A stretch of DNA of 64,000 nucleotides. Origin: Candidatus Aminicenantes bacterium (GTDB taxonomy: Bacteria; Acidobacteriota; Aminicenantia; Aminicenantales; Aminicenantaceae). The number at the start of each line of letters is the position of its first letter. Positions within the stretch are counted from its first letter, which is position 1. Under the pieces are notes generated by a model, which worked only from the letters and a program-made list of their open reading frames with translations, ran no database searches and was not told the origin of the DNA. The DNA lies in NCBI GenBank assembly GCA_016783445.1, contig JADHWO010000001.1, forward strand, positions 21,596-85,595, given 5' to 3'. Below, one piece after another: positions 9,812 through 19,316 of this stretch. A program made the position numbers and the translations under genes.

Positions 9812-9988
9812 GAACTGTATCCTTTCAGAATAATCTTCTTAAGGAAGCTCATTATAACACAGGCCCAAAAGACTCGCCAGATTAGAAACAAGAGAAAAAA
9901 ACAGGTAGCTTTGTCCATGGAAAAAAGGTAGATAATACCTTCAAGAGCCTGTATTCCATTTTAATTTTCGGTTTTTATAATCCATGTC

Positions 9989-10254
9989 TGGAAGCATCTT
10001 TTTTCCCGTGATGGATTAGTAAGTGTATTTGTGGATGGATGAAGCGACTTTGAAGATTTAGCCTTCCTGAATCGATTTTTGAGGGAATCCGGCGTAGCCG
10101 GACACCGAGTATGTTTGAGCACAGCGAGTTACGCAGGTGTCGAAAAGAGCGATGAAGGAATGGCGTTAAAAATCTGAACGGAAGCTCAGGCATTCCCAAA
10201 TACACTTATAATGTGATTGATCTATCCTTCATCACGGCAAAAAAGTTATTTAAA
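9989..10254. mobile_element. MITE-like inverted-repeat element, copy A (same family as 55826-56023)
   Basis: Left end TGGAAGCATCTTTTTTCCCGTGAT and right end ATCACGGCAAAAAAGTTATTTAAA are imperfect inverted repeats. The element is flanked by direct CCATGTC (9982-9988 and 10255-10261). Its ends closely match copy B. Confidence 0.55.
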
Positions 10255-10323
10255 CCATGTCCTTGCAATTTTCCTGGTGTTTGATTAAGGTTTTAATTAG
10301 CTGAAATATATAGGACTCCGGTA

Positions 10324-10983
10324 ATGATCGAAGAAAACACAAAAAGAATTCTTAAGGAATTACCGGCAGGAGTCGAACTTATGGCTGCAGCAAAAACCAG
10401 GTCACCTGAAGAGATCCTACGGGCTACTCAAGCAGGTATCCAAATTATCGGAGAAAATTATGTCCAGGAAGCTCTTGCCGCCTTCAATGTTGTCGGCCAT
10501 AAAGTCAGATGGCACTTCATAGGCCATCTCCAGAAAAACAAAGTTAAAAAGGCAGTGGATATATTCGACATGATTGAGACAGTTGATTCCATAGGGCTCG
10601 CCAGGGAAATTGATAAAAGATGCGGCCAGCGCAACAAAATAATGCCTGTTCTTTTAGAAATAAACAGCGGCAGAGAAAAACAAAAATTCGGCATCTTCCC
10701 TGAAGATGCGGAAAACCTTATCAAGGAAATAATGGACCTAAAAAATATAAAAATTGAAGGCTTCATGACAATGGGTCCTATGTTTGGCGACCCGGAAAAT
10801 GCCAGACCTTACTTCATTGAAACAAAAAAAATATTTGACTGGATAAAATCCCTAAATCTTCCTGGAGTAGATATGAAATATCTTTCTATGGGAATGACAA
10901 ACTCTTACCAGGTAGCTATAGAAGAAGGTGCAAATATCGTTAGGATCGGAACTAAAATTTTTGGACCGAGGGACAAAAATTAG
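10324..10983 (+). CDS. yggS: YggS-family PLP-binding (PLP homeostasis) protein
   Basis: LMAAAKTRSPEEI (PLP Lys), GENYVQEA, WHFIGHLQKNKVKK, SMGMTNSYQVAIEEGANIVRIG. Confidence 0.9.
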   Translation: MIEENTKRILKELPAGVELMAAAKTRSPEEILRATQAGIQIIGENYVQEALAAFNVVGHKVRWHFIGHLQKNKVKKAVDIFDMIETVDSIGLAREIDKRCGQRNKIMPVLLEINSGREKQKFGIFPEDAENLIKEIMDLKNIKIEGFMTMGPMFGDPENARPYFIETKKIFDWIKSLNLPGVDMKYLSMGMTNSYQVAIEEGANIVRIGTKIFGPRDKN

Positions 10984-11002
10984 CTATTTTGCTTTTTTTA
11001 TA

Positions 11003-11896
11003 CTAAATTAATATTCCTTCCTTCCAGCCCAGCTTTATAAGCTCTATCTTGTCAGGATCGCTCACTCCAAGATTATGCCGTGTATCAGCAAGAAAGACAT
11101 GTTTAGCAGGAGGCTGCAAAGGCCGATCTTCACCGAAAAACTGGCGGCGCTGGGCCTGTAAAATCTGAACACCTATGGCATCCACAGCCACTGGATCTTG
11201 GCTGGCTAGAATTCCCTTATATTCCCAGACATACTTATCGCTGTAATGATGGGGACCAATACCATGGAAGAGAGGGTAAAGCATCACAAGGATATTCAGC
11301 TTTGTCCTTTTTATAAGATTATACTCTTTCCAAATTGTTGCTAAATCTGCACAAGAATCACCATGATAATCATAAGGCCTGGGGACAAACATGATAGGAT
11401 TTTTTAAACATCCGCCCATGCCAGACCAGTGGTGGGTTCGAGCCGGCCGTGCATTTATAAGCACAGTAGCATTTTGAAATATCGGATCCTTACGCACACC
11501 CCTGTCATTAATACTTATCTTCTCCTCAGGGACACCGGCATCCATAATTCTTCTCTTCAAAGCTTGTTCAACTTCTTTTGTCGTTGGAATAGGGCCCCAG
11601 ACATTATTCTTGATACCAACTATATCAGAGGGTTTTACAAGCTTTTTCCAGGCTTTTACAATGTCTTTTTCTCCTAATAACGTAGAAACAGCATCGTCAA
11701 GCATATTCTGGACAATATCAGGGTCTGGTTTTTTAAAAGATATCAAGGCATTCTTATCTCTGACCAGAACAACCTTGGTTTTTCTGGCAGCTACCTTTTC
11801 TCCCGGGGCTTTTATACTATAAGCAAAAGCTCCCGCAAAGGGAGTCATAGCTGCAACCCGAATAAAATCACGCCGGGTGATAACTTTTTTCTTCAT
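11003..11896 (-). CDS. DUF362-domain protein with twin-arginine (Tat) signal
   Basis: MKKKVITRRDFIRVAAMTPFAGAFA is a Tat-type leader, followed by a DUF362-like body. Start moved to the second ATG (11896), which is preceded by AAGGAG. Confidence 0.7.
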   Translation of the reverse strand: MKKKVITRRDFIRVAAMTPFAGAFAYSIKAPGEKVAARKTKVVLVRDKNALISFKKPDPDIVQNMLDDAVSTLLGEKDIVKAWKKLVKPSDIVGIKNNVWGPIPTTKEVEQALKRRIMDAGVPEEKISINDRGVRKDPIFQNATVLINARPARTHHWSGMGGCLKNPIMFVPRPYDYHGDSCADLATIWKEYNLIKRTKLNILVMLYPLFHGIGPHHYSDKYVWEYKGILASQDPVAVDAIGVQILQAQRRQFFGEDRPLQPPAKHVFLADTRHNLGVSDPDKIELIKLGWKEGILI

Positions 11897-11955
11897 ACGT
11901 TTCTCCTTCATTATTCATTAAAAGACATTTATTTTGTTTTCTAAATAACTCTCGA

Positions 11956-12885
11956 TTATATCTGGCTAATTTTCTTGCTGACTTTTTCTAAAATATCTTT
12001 TGCATAAGAATCTGAAGAAGCACCAAAAACGATAATAAGAATATTTTTTTTAACTCTTGCAGCGGTCCACTTCAAATCCTCAGTCTGTACAATACCTGAT
12101 TTCCTTGCCTCCGGCATATATATCTTAGTAAAACTTTCATAGGCATGGGAAGCCTTCTTTATTTCGGGATAACGAACCAGAAGAAGGTAATGTTTATCAT
12201 CTTTTGCCTCATAAATCCCAAGAGCAGCTTCTGTTTTCTGGTCCAGAAAAAGAATATTCTCATCAGAGACATAATAGTGATAGTTTAGAATCAAATGATT
12301 GTGAAAATAATGAACATCTTTCTCAGAAAGATCCTCAAGGGGTAGAAGAGAAACAATGTCAGGTTTCTCCCCTTCTTTTTTGATAGAAGAAGACACCTCT
12401 CGCCCTAAAGCCAACAAAGCATTTTTTGTATCCTCTGTCTCCTCTTCAACATAAAGAGATACAAAAAAATGATCTTTCCAGAAAGAAAGAAGCCCTCCTT
12501 TATAAGTTGAACCCTGCCCGATTCCTGCATCTTCTCCTTCAAGATCGTGTGTAAAAACTCCAAAGGCATCCATGGAGGACGCCATATCAAACAAATCTGC
12601 AACAATGTTAGGCTGGCCTTCTTTTATAAAACGCCTCGCCAGAAGCAGTTTAAAATTATAAGAGCGGTAGATCTCTCCTGCACCGTTAATATAATCAAAA
12701 ATAGTCTGCGGGTCATAGATCTCATCTTTTTCTTCTGCTTTCCAGCCTTGTATCTCCTGCGGCAATAGTCCTCCCAGAGTGATTTTTTTATCTTTTGAAT
12801 TTTTGCCCATTAAGCTTAATCCTCCTAAGAAGAAAAGGAAAAAAACGATCCAAGCTACTTTTTTCATCTTAAAGAATTTTATCAA
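11956..12885 (-). CDS. Secreted hypothetical protein (family not recognised)
   Basis: 309-aa ORF with an N-terminal signal-like segment KKVAWIVFFLFFLGGLSLMG. Co-directional with the DUF362 gene, 44 nt upstream of it. Confidence 0.5.
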   Translation of the reverse strand: MIKFFKMKKVAWIVFFLFFLGGLSLMGKNSKDKKITLGGLLPQEIQGWKAEEKDEIYDPQTIFDYINGAGEIYRSYNFKLLLARRFIKEGQPNIVADLFDMASSMDAFGVFTHDLEGEDAGIGQGSTYKGGLLSFWKDHFFVSLYVEEETEDTKNALLALGREVSSSIKKEGEKPDIVSLLPLEDLSEKDVHYFHNHLILNYHYYVSDENILFLDQKTEAALGIYEAKDDKHYLLLVRYPEIKKASHAYESFTKIYMPEARKSGIVQTEDLKWTAARVKKNILIIVFGASSDSYAKDILEKVSKKISQI

Positions 12886-13038
12886 AATTAGTGCAAAGAC
12901 GTAAAGAATAATTAAAATATCATAAAATTAGTTCTTGCATAAATCTTATAATTTCTATATATTTATGATAGAATAAAATGGGTAAGGAGTAAATATTAAG
13001 TCTCAGGTCTTTTATTATTTTAATAAAAGGAGGAAGTT

Positions 13039-13500
13039 ATGATAAAACTTTCCACAAAAGGAAGATATGGGACGCGCCTGATGGTAAATCTTGCGCATCA
13101 CTATAATAATGGGAATGAAGCAATCATACTTAAAAATGTATCTGATGATGAAGAAATATCTATTCGGTACCTGGAACAAATAATCATTCCCCTTAAGATT
13201 AATAAACTTGTTAAGAGTACCCGAGGAGCAGGAGGTGGTTATACCTTAGCACGAAAACCTTCTGAAATCAGACTAAGTGAAATCCTTCATACTTTAGAAG
13301 GAGCATGCTGTCTGGTTGATTGTGTCGATGACAGCGATTACTGCCACCGTATCCCCATCTGTGCAACATACGATATCTGGAAAGAAGCCAGTAAACTTTT
13401 AAAAGATTATTTCGGAAGTTTAACTCTCCAGGATCTTGTTGAGCTTACTAACAAAAAGAAAACTAAGGCCAAAGCAAAAAAGAAGTCCCGAAGCCGTTAG
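13039..13500 (+). CDS. Rrf2-family transcriptional regulator (probable Fe-S type) with a Lys-rich tail
   Basis: MIKLSTKGRYGTRLMVNLA is the typical N-terminal wHTH. There is a Cys cluster CCLVDCVDDSDYCHRIPIC and the C-terminus is KKKTKAKAKKKSRSR. Confidence 0.85.
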   Translation: MIKLSTKGRYGTRLMVNLAHHYNNGNEAIILKNVSDDEEISIRYLEQIIIPLKINKLVKSTRGAGGGYTLARKPSEIRLSEILHTLEGACCLVDCVDDSDYCHRIPICATYDIWKEASKLLKDYFGSLTLQDLVELTNKKKTKAKAKKKSRSR

Positions 13501-13627
13501 CTTACTCCCTCTTTTTTTACAATCCAAGAAGATCACTATAATTCCAAGGCATGGATAGCAACTGCCTTGTTGGATCTCACTGCTTTTGTCTTGCCTTGTT
13601 TATTAAAAACTGACAGAATTAATTCAA

Positions 13628-14980
13628 ATGAAATCTATTTTTAATCTTTTTACTTCTGTTAAATTGACCATTGTTCTTCTGATTTTTTTTGCTCTCTCCT
13701 CCGGCCTCGGCACTTTTATTCCTCAGCAAAGAAGTCCTGATGAGTATGTTGCTCGCTTCGGCCAGCTTGCAAATGTATTAATCGGGCTCCAGCTTACAAA
13801 ACTTTATCAATCCTTGTGGTTTATCGTGCTGCTTTGCCTTCTTGCTCTGAACATTATAATTTGTACTTTAAATCGTCTTTCCCCAAAATTTAAAAAAGTT
13901 TTTCGGCCCAGGCTTATTATTAAAACAAAAGAGCTCGTTGCCTTAAAAATCATGACAAAACTCAAGATAAATAAAAGTCTGGACACAACAAAAAAAGAGC
14001 TAAAAAGGGAACTCTCCTCAAGGCATTATCGCATCAAAGAAACAGAAAAAGAAAAAAAAGCCTTCCTCCTTGCCAGGAAAAAAATTCTGGGCTGGTTTGG
14101 CGCTGATGTTGTTCACCTCGGCATCATTATTATTCTTGTTGGAGGAATTATCAGTGGACTTGGAGGATTTAAGAAAAACTTAACTTTTTCAGAAGGAGAA
14201 GTTCTTGATATCCCTGAGGCTGGAATTAAGCTCAGGCTTGATAAGTTTGAAACAGAATACTACCCCAACAGCAGCGTCAAAGACTGGAAAAGCACCCTCA
14301 CTATCCTAAAAAAAGATAAATCGGTTCTGAGCAGAGTCATTGAAGTAAACCATCCTCTCTCTTATAAAGGGTTTGTTTTTTATCAATCTAGTGTTGAGTG
14401 GGACTGGACAAACCCATCTGTTGAAATCTGGATAAAAAAAAGTAAGAACCCATCCTTCTTAAGGAAAATTAAATTAAAAGTCGGGGAAAAAGTTAGGCTC
14501 GAATATGAAAACACCCAGATTGCTGTCCTCTATTTTTTCCCTGATTTTGTAATAAACGAAAGAAATGAAATCACAACTCGCTCTCTTCAGCCTAATAATC
14601 CCGCAGCTTTTATAGAAGGATGGCAGGCAGATGAAAAAATTTTATCTGGCTGGATATTCGCCAGATTTCCTGACTATTCCCGTATTCATTCCAATAAAGA
14701 AACTGATTTTTCCTTTGAACTCAAGGATTTTAAAACTGACCAGTTTTCAGTTATTCAAGTAAGAAAGGATCCGGGTGCCAACTTTATTTGGGCCGGATGC
14801 GCTTTATTGATGCTGGGCCTCTTCTTGGCTTTTTACTGGTCGAGCAGGGAGATTAAAGTTATTCTGGAAGAAATGTTTGGTAAGACAGAGATCACTGCAG
14901 GAGGTGTGGCTTCAAAAAACAAGGACGCCTTCCAGGTTGAGTTTAAGAAAATCGCAGCAAACCTGAGGAGATTAAATTGA
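13628..14980 (+). CDS. resB: Cytochrome c biogenesis protein ResB/Ccs1 (System II)
   Basis: N-terminus FTSVKLTIVLLIFFALSSGLGTFIPQ, a large soluble loop and a C-terminal TM segment. Overlaps ccsA by 4 nt. Confidence 0.85.
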   Translation: MKSIFNLFTSVKLTIVLLIFFALSSGLGTFIPQQRSPDEYVARFGQLANVLIGLQLTKLYQSLWFIVLLCLLALNIIICTLNRLSPKFKKVFRPRLIIKTKELVALKIMTKLKINKSLDTTKKELKRELSSRHYRIKETEKEKKAFLLARKKILGWFGADVVHLGIIIILVGGIISGLGGFKKNLTFSEGEVLDIPEAGIKLRLDKFETEYYPNSSVKDWKSTLTILKKDKSVLSRVIEVNHPLSYKGFVFYQSSVEWDWTNPSVEIWIKKSKNPSFLRKIKLKVGEKVRLEYENTQIAVLYFFPDFVINERNEITTRSLQPNNPAAFIEGWQADEKILSGWIFARFPDYSRIHSNKETDFSFELKDFKTDQFSVIQVRKDPGANFIWAGCALLMLGLFLAFYWSSREIKVILEEMFGKTEITAGGVASKNKDAFQVEFKKIAANLRRLN

Positions 14981-15795
14981 ATGAATCGATTTTATTCCAA
15001 ATTGCTTTTATTCTTTATGTCATTTCAGCTATTCTATATTTTTCTTTCCTTTTCTCAAAAAAAGAAAATACAGCTGGAATAGGATTCAAATTCGCTTTTG
15101 TTGGTCTTCTTTTTCATACAATTGCTCTTATTTTAAGAACCATTGAATGCGGCCATGCTCCTTTTACCAATATGTACGAATCCCTCTCCTTTCTTTCCTG
15201 GGCTTCTATTCTTGCCTATATCATTATAGAGGCTAAGTACAAAATACTAAAAGCAGGGCCATACTTTATTCTGATTGTCATCGCTTTAATGGCCTTAGCT
15301 TCTTCTCCATTAATGCCTAAAGAAGCAACTCCCCTTGTCCCAGCACTTCAGAGTTACTGGCTCTGGCTGCATGTATCGGTTACTCTCCTTGGTGAAGCCT
15401 TTTTCGCTATGGCATTTATTACTAGTATTATGTATCTAAGGGCGGACTTAAGAGAGAAAAAGAATAAAGTAGTGAAATCCAGTCCTTCATCAGAAAAACT
15501 CGATTCAATCAGCTACAGATGTATCGCTATTGGATTTCCCCTCTTTACTCTGGGCGGACTTATTTTTGGCATGATCTGGGCCTATAAAGCTTGGGGGCGC
15601 TACTGGAGCTGGGACCCTAAAGAGACTTGGAGCCTTATAACCTGGTTCGTCTTTGCTCTTTATCTTCATACTCGGATCGTTATGGGCTGGAAAGGGCGTC
15701 TCTCCGCATACATTGCTGCAATCGGATTTCTTGCTGCCCTATTTACATATTTTGGAGTGAATTATTTACTTGCCGGCCTCCACAGCTATGGTTAA
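14977..15795 (+). CDS. ccsA: Cytochrome c assembly protein CcsA/ResC
   Basis: Trp-rich heme-handling motif WAYKAWGRYWSWDPKETWSLITW plus conserved His residues. Confidence 0.9.
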   Translation: MNESILFQIAFILYVISAILYFSFLFSKKENTAGIGFKFAFVGLLFHTIALILRTIECGHAPFTNMYESLSFLSWASILAYIIIEAKYKILKAGPYFILIVIALMALASSPLMPKEATPLVPALQSYWLWLHVSVTLLGEAFFAMAFITSIMYLRADLREKKNKVVKSSPSSEKLDSISYRCIAIGFPLFTLGGLIFGMIWAYKAWGRYWSWDPKETWSLITWFVFALYLHTRIVMGWKGRLSAYIAAIGFLAALFTYFGVNYLLAGLHSYG

Positions 15796-15964
15796 AATTG
15801 TCATGATATTCTTCAGGCTTATTTAAATACGGTACTTAGATAAAATCAAAAAGACAAAAAGAAGTAACTAATGAGAATTATCAAAGTAAAACAAAAACTA
15901 CAAAATGGTTATAAAATCAGCGGAATCGTCTTGTGAAGGAACATCCCTAAAAAAGGAGAATTTG

Positions 15965-16492
15965 ATGAAAAAAGTCCTGTTAGTACTAATAACTCTAATA
16001 ACCTTCGTATTTCTAATCACTCTATCCAGTCAAGAATTTACTTATGTAGGTCCAAACAAATGCAAAGTTTGCCATAGAGCCGAAAAATTAGGAAAACAAT
16101 TCATTATTTGGGAAGAAAGTAAACACTCCAAGTCCTTTAAAGCCTTAACTTCAGAAAAAGCTCAAGAAGTAGCTAAAGCAGCGGGGATGGGAACTAAACC
16201 GACTGAGAATCCAGAATGTTTAAAATGCCACTCTCCTCTTTTTAAAAAAGCCTCCAATATTACAAAAGAAGGAGTAACTTGTGAATTCTGTCATGGCCCC
16301 GGCAGTTCTTATAAAAAATTAAGCATCATGGAAAACAGAGAAGCGGCAGTAAAAAACGGTCTAATTATCCATGACTCTTCCGAGGCTATAAAAAAGCTCT
16401 GCTTGACCTGTCATAAAGATTCTCAAGAAAAATCCTTTGATTTTAAGACTTCCTGGGAAAAAATAAAGCATCCCGTCCCAGGAAAAAAATAG
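15965..16492 (+). CDS. Secreted tetraheme c-type cytochrome
   Basis: Four CxxCH motifs (CKVCH, CLKCH, CEFCH, CLTCH) follow the signal peptide MKKVLLVLITLITFVFLITLS. Start moved to the ATG at 15965, which is preceded by AAGGAG. Confidence 0.85.
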   Translation: MKKVLLVLITLITFVFLITLSSQEFTYVGPNKCKVCHRAEKLGKQFIIWEESKHSKSFKALTSEKAQEVAKAAGMGTKPTENPECLKCHSPLFKKASNITKEGVTCEFCHGPGSSYKKLSIMENREAAVKNGLIIHDSSEAIKKLCLTCHKDSQEKSFDFKTSWEKIKHPVPGKK

Positions 16493-16684
16493 GTTTTTTA
16501 TTTATATTATTAAAATATATAGCTAATCCCTTTTTTGGCTTTATACTAAAGCCACCCAATCTCAATTCCTACAAAAGGACCTTGTACCATTCACCCTCTG
16601 GAATATCAAAAGATAGTTTAAGAGGAATGAAGTTTTTAATAAAAAGTTTAAAATGAATTACTCTTCTACTATCTTCTCGAGCTT

Positions 16685-16713
16685 TTGACAGCAAATTTCT
16701 CCTGTGCTATAAG
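16685..16713 (+). promoter_or_regulatory. Sigma-70-like promoter for the thi block (TTGACA-N17-TATAAG)
   Basis: TTGACA at 16685-16690 and TATAAG at 16708-16713 with a 17-nt spacer, about 30 nt upstream of the thiE ATG. Confidence 0.4.
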
Positions 16714-16742
16714 TTTTAAGTCGGAGTTTAAAGAGAAAAATA

Positions 16743-17390
16743 ATGAAGCAGATAGGTCAATTGCATATACTCACAGATACTGTGTTGCAATCCCGTTTCT
16801 CGCATGTGGAACTCACAAGATTGGCAATCCAAGGAGGGGCGGACACCATCCAGTTCCGCCAGAAGATTGGATCTACACGAGAGATGATCAAGATAGCCCA
16901 ACAGATAAAACAAATATGTACAGACTCTGGTGTGGCATTCATTATAAACGATCGAGTGGACGTTGCGATTGCCTCAGACGCTGATGGCGTTCATCTGGGG
17001 CAGGATGATTTTCCCCTGCCTCTAGCACGTAATTTACTGGGTAAAGACAGAATTTTGGGCGGGTCCGCAGTAACTCTTGAGGAAGCCCGGAAATGCCTCA
17101 CAGAGGGAGCAGACTATATCGGATTTGGGCCCGTTTTTCCGACAGCATCCAAAGACGACGCTGGCCCTGTCACTGGAATTGACCTCTTAAGACAGGTTGT
17201 TGATACTATTCCACTGCCAATTATTGCTATCGGAGGCGTCAGTGTTGAAAATACACCTGAGGTGATACAAGCAGGCTCACACGGTATTGCTGTGATATCA
17301 GCCGTCTGCTGCCAGGAGAATCCTGAACAAGCGACTCGGGCACTTTACAAATCTTTGTTTGTGGGCTCGAAGAGAGGGAAGCATGTCTGA
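16743..17390 (+). CDS. thiE: Thiamine-phosphate synthase
   Basis: INDRVDVAIASDADGVHLGQDD, GADYIGFGPVFPTASK, IAIGGV. Confidence 0.9.
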   Translation: MKQIGQLHILTDTVLQSRFSHVELTRLAIQGGADTIQFRQKIGSTREMIKIAQQIKQICTDSGVAFIINDRVDVAIASDADGVHLGQDDFPLPLARNLLGKDRILGGSAVTLEEARKCLTEGADYIGFGPVFPTASKDDAGPVTGIDLLRQVVDTIPLPIIAIGGVSVENTPEVIQAGSHGIAVISAVCCQENPEQATRALYKSLFVGSKRGKHV

Positions 17391-18408
17391 AACTGTGGCT
17401 GAAATTGGAGAATTCGGATTAATTAGCCGGATTCAAAAATTCCTCCAACAGGAAGGCGTTCAGGCTCCCGGAATGATACTGGGAATTGGAGACGATACAG
17501 CGTCTTTCCAAGCTCGCTCAGGATACGACATGTTGGTTACATGTGATTGTCTAGTAGAAGGACGTCATTTCCTGCCTGATCACATTACTCCTTTAGATTT
17601 GGGCCGACGTGCTATGATAGTAAATATCAGTGATATTGGCGCCATGGGTGGTCAACCTCTGTACGCTCTCGTGTCGTTAGGATTAAAAGCAGACATGCTC
17701 GTTGCAGATGTTGAAGCCATGTACCGTGGATTCGTCATGGAACTCAATCCGTTTAAAGCTTCTATTATCGGTGGCAATATTACCAAGATGGATAACATCA
17801 TTTTCACTGACGTCACTTTAATTGGTGAGGTAAAAAAAGGTGAGCTCATGCTCCGTTCGACCGCCAAAGTTGGGGACACAATTCTCGTCACAGGAAATCC
17901 AGGACAAGCCGCTGCCGGCCTACAACTACTGTTGCGTTCCCAATCAACCGAGGATTTACGAGGACATCCACTCGCACGTGCCTATATCACACCTTCACAC
18001 CGTGCAAAAGAGGGACAGGCGATTGCCCATTCAGGGTATGCGACAGCAATGATTGACACGAGCGATGGATTTCTGGGAGATCTGGGACACATCTGTAAGG
18101 AAAGTGGTGTGGGGGCTGAACTGATTCAAGAAAAATTACCCATCTCTGAAGATCTGCGTCAGACTGCTGCACAGCTCAAATTAGATCCATACGAACTGTT
18201 TTTACAGGAGAGCGATGATTATGAACTGATTTTCACCTGCTCTCCTGACAAAGTGTCTCAAATCCGTTCTGTAATAGCTTCAGTCAGCGACGTGCCTTTC
18301 ACAGAGGTTGGAAAGATAACTGAAACAGTTGGTAATATCCAATTGCGACTGCCCGATGGGTCTCAACGCCGAATCGCTCCAACCGGATGGGATCACTTTA
18401 CAACATGA
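17383..18408 (+). CDS. thiL: Thiamine-monophosphate kinase
   Basis: IGEFGLISRI, GIGDDTA, DIGAMGGQPLYALVSLGL. Start moved to MSETVAEIGEF (ATG 17383), which overlaps the thiE stop. Confidence 0.9.
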   Translation: MSETVAEIGEFGLISRIQKFLQQEGVQAPGMILGIGDDTASFQARSGYDMLVTCDCLVEGRHFLPDHITPLDLGRRAMIVNISDIGAMGGQPLYALVSLGLKADMLVADVEAMYRGFVMELNPFKASIIGGNITKMDNIIFTDVTLIGEVKKGELMLRSTAKVGDTILVTGNPGQAAAGLQLLLRSQSTEDLRGHPLARAYITPSHRAKEGQAIAHSGYATAMIDTSDGFLGDLGHICKESGVGAELIQEKLPISEDLRQTAAQLKLDPYELFLQESDDYELIFTCSPDKVSQIRSVIASVSDVPFTEVGKITETVGNIQLRLPDGSQRRIAPTGWDHFTT

Positions 18409-18418
18409 GGAGGAAAGA

Positions 18419-19231
18419 GTGTTTGACCAAAATCTAGCACAAAAAGCAGGAAAAAATCTGAAGAACCTCCGGGAGAAGAAGCCCCTGGTCCATAACATCA
18501 CAAATTTTGTGGTTATGAATTACACCGCCAATGCGTTACTCGCATGCGGCGCATCTCCTGTGATGGCTCATGCACCCGAGGAGGTGGAGGAGATGGTTTC
18601 CTTTGCAGGTGCATTGGTACTTAATATTGGGACCCTCACTCCCTACTGGATAGACTCGATGCTTAAAGCCGGTAAACGGGCCAATGAACTAAATGTTCCG
18701 ATTATTATGGATCCAGTGGGTTCTGGAGCCACAAAACTTCGTACCGATTCAGCCAAGCGATTGATAGATGAACTCTCCATCACCGTAGTTCGGGGAAATG
18801 CCTCTGAGGTGCTATCCCTGGCTCACGAGGGCTCCCGAACAAAAGGTGTTGACTCTATCCACACAGTGGACGAAGCTGTTGATGCAGCACTCATTCTTGC
18901 CAGGGAACTTGATACTATCCTTGCAATTACGGGAGCTGTGGATTTGATTACAGATGGAGAGCGTATATACCGTGTTTCCAACGGACATGAACTGATGGGC
19001 TATGTCACAGGCACAGGTTGTACTGCAACTGTCATTATCGGAGCCTTTCTGGCTGTAGATCGTGATCCCGTCGAAGCGACAACCACTGCACTGGCATACT
19101 TCGGCCTTGCAGGCGAGAAAGCAGCTACAGAAGCGGATGCTCCTGGAAGCTTTCAGATCGCCATACTTGATGCGCTATACACAATAGAAAAAAAGCAGAT
19201 GGAAGAGGGAGCAAAAATCCATATTCAATAA
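18419..19231 (+). CDS. thiM: Hydroxyethylthiazole kinase
   Basis: PLVHNITNFVVMNYTANALLACGASPVMA, PIIMDPVG, VVRGNASE. Start placed at GTG 18419, 6 nt after GGAGG; the track start at 18329 overlaps thiL. Confidence 0.88.
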   Translation: MFDQNLAQKAGKNLKNLREKKPLVHNITNFVVMNYTANALLACGASPVMAHAPEEVEEMVSFAGALVLNIGTLTPYWIDSMLKAGKRANELNVPIIMDPVGSGATKLRTDSAKRLIDELSITVVRGNASEVLSLAHEGSRTKGVDSIHTVDEAVDAALILARELDTILAITGAVDLITDGERIYRVSNGHELMGYVTGTGCTATVIIGAFLAVDRDPVEATTTALAYFGLAGEKAATEADAPGSFQIAILDALYTIEKKQMEEGAKIHIQ

Positions 19232-19316
19232 TTTAATCCAGAGTATTTTCCTCCTTGATTGCCTAAATAATAATTGATAGAATTCTTCGTAGGTAATAAA
19301 AGAAATTATTAAGCTT

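Noticed and set aside
9975-10205. 76-aa ORF on the minus strand in the DUF2284-yggS gap
   Set aside because: It lies almost entirely inside the inverted-repeat element. It has no recognisable RBS and an Arg/Leu/Ser/His-rich, low-complexity translation. Most likely non-coding repeat DNA.
16493-16742. Expected TPP riboswitch upstream of thiE
   Set aside because: I could not find the conserved CUGAGA and pyrimidine-sensing helix sequences. The candidate promoter leaves only about 30 nt of leader. This needs a covariance-model search for certainty.
16685-16984. 99-aa ORF overlapping the thiE start in another frame
   Set aside because: The thiE frame carries clear family motifs. The alternative frame begins at the promoter -35 hexamer.
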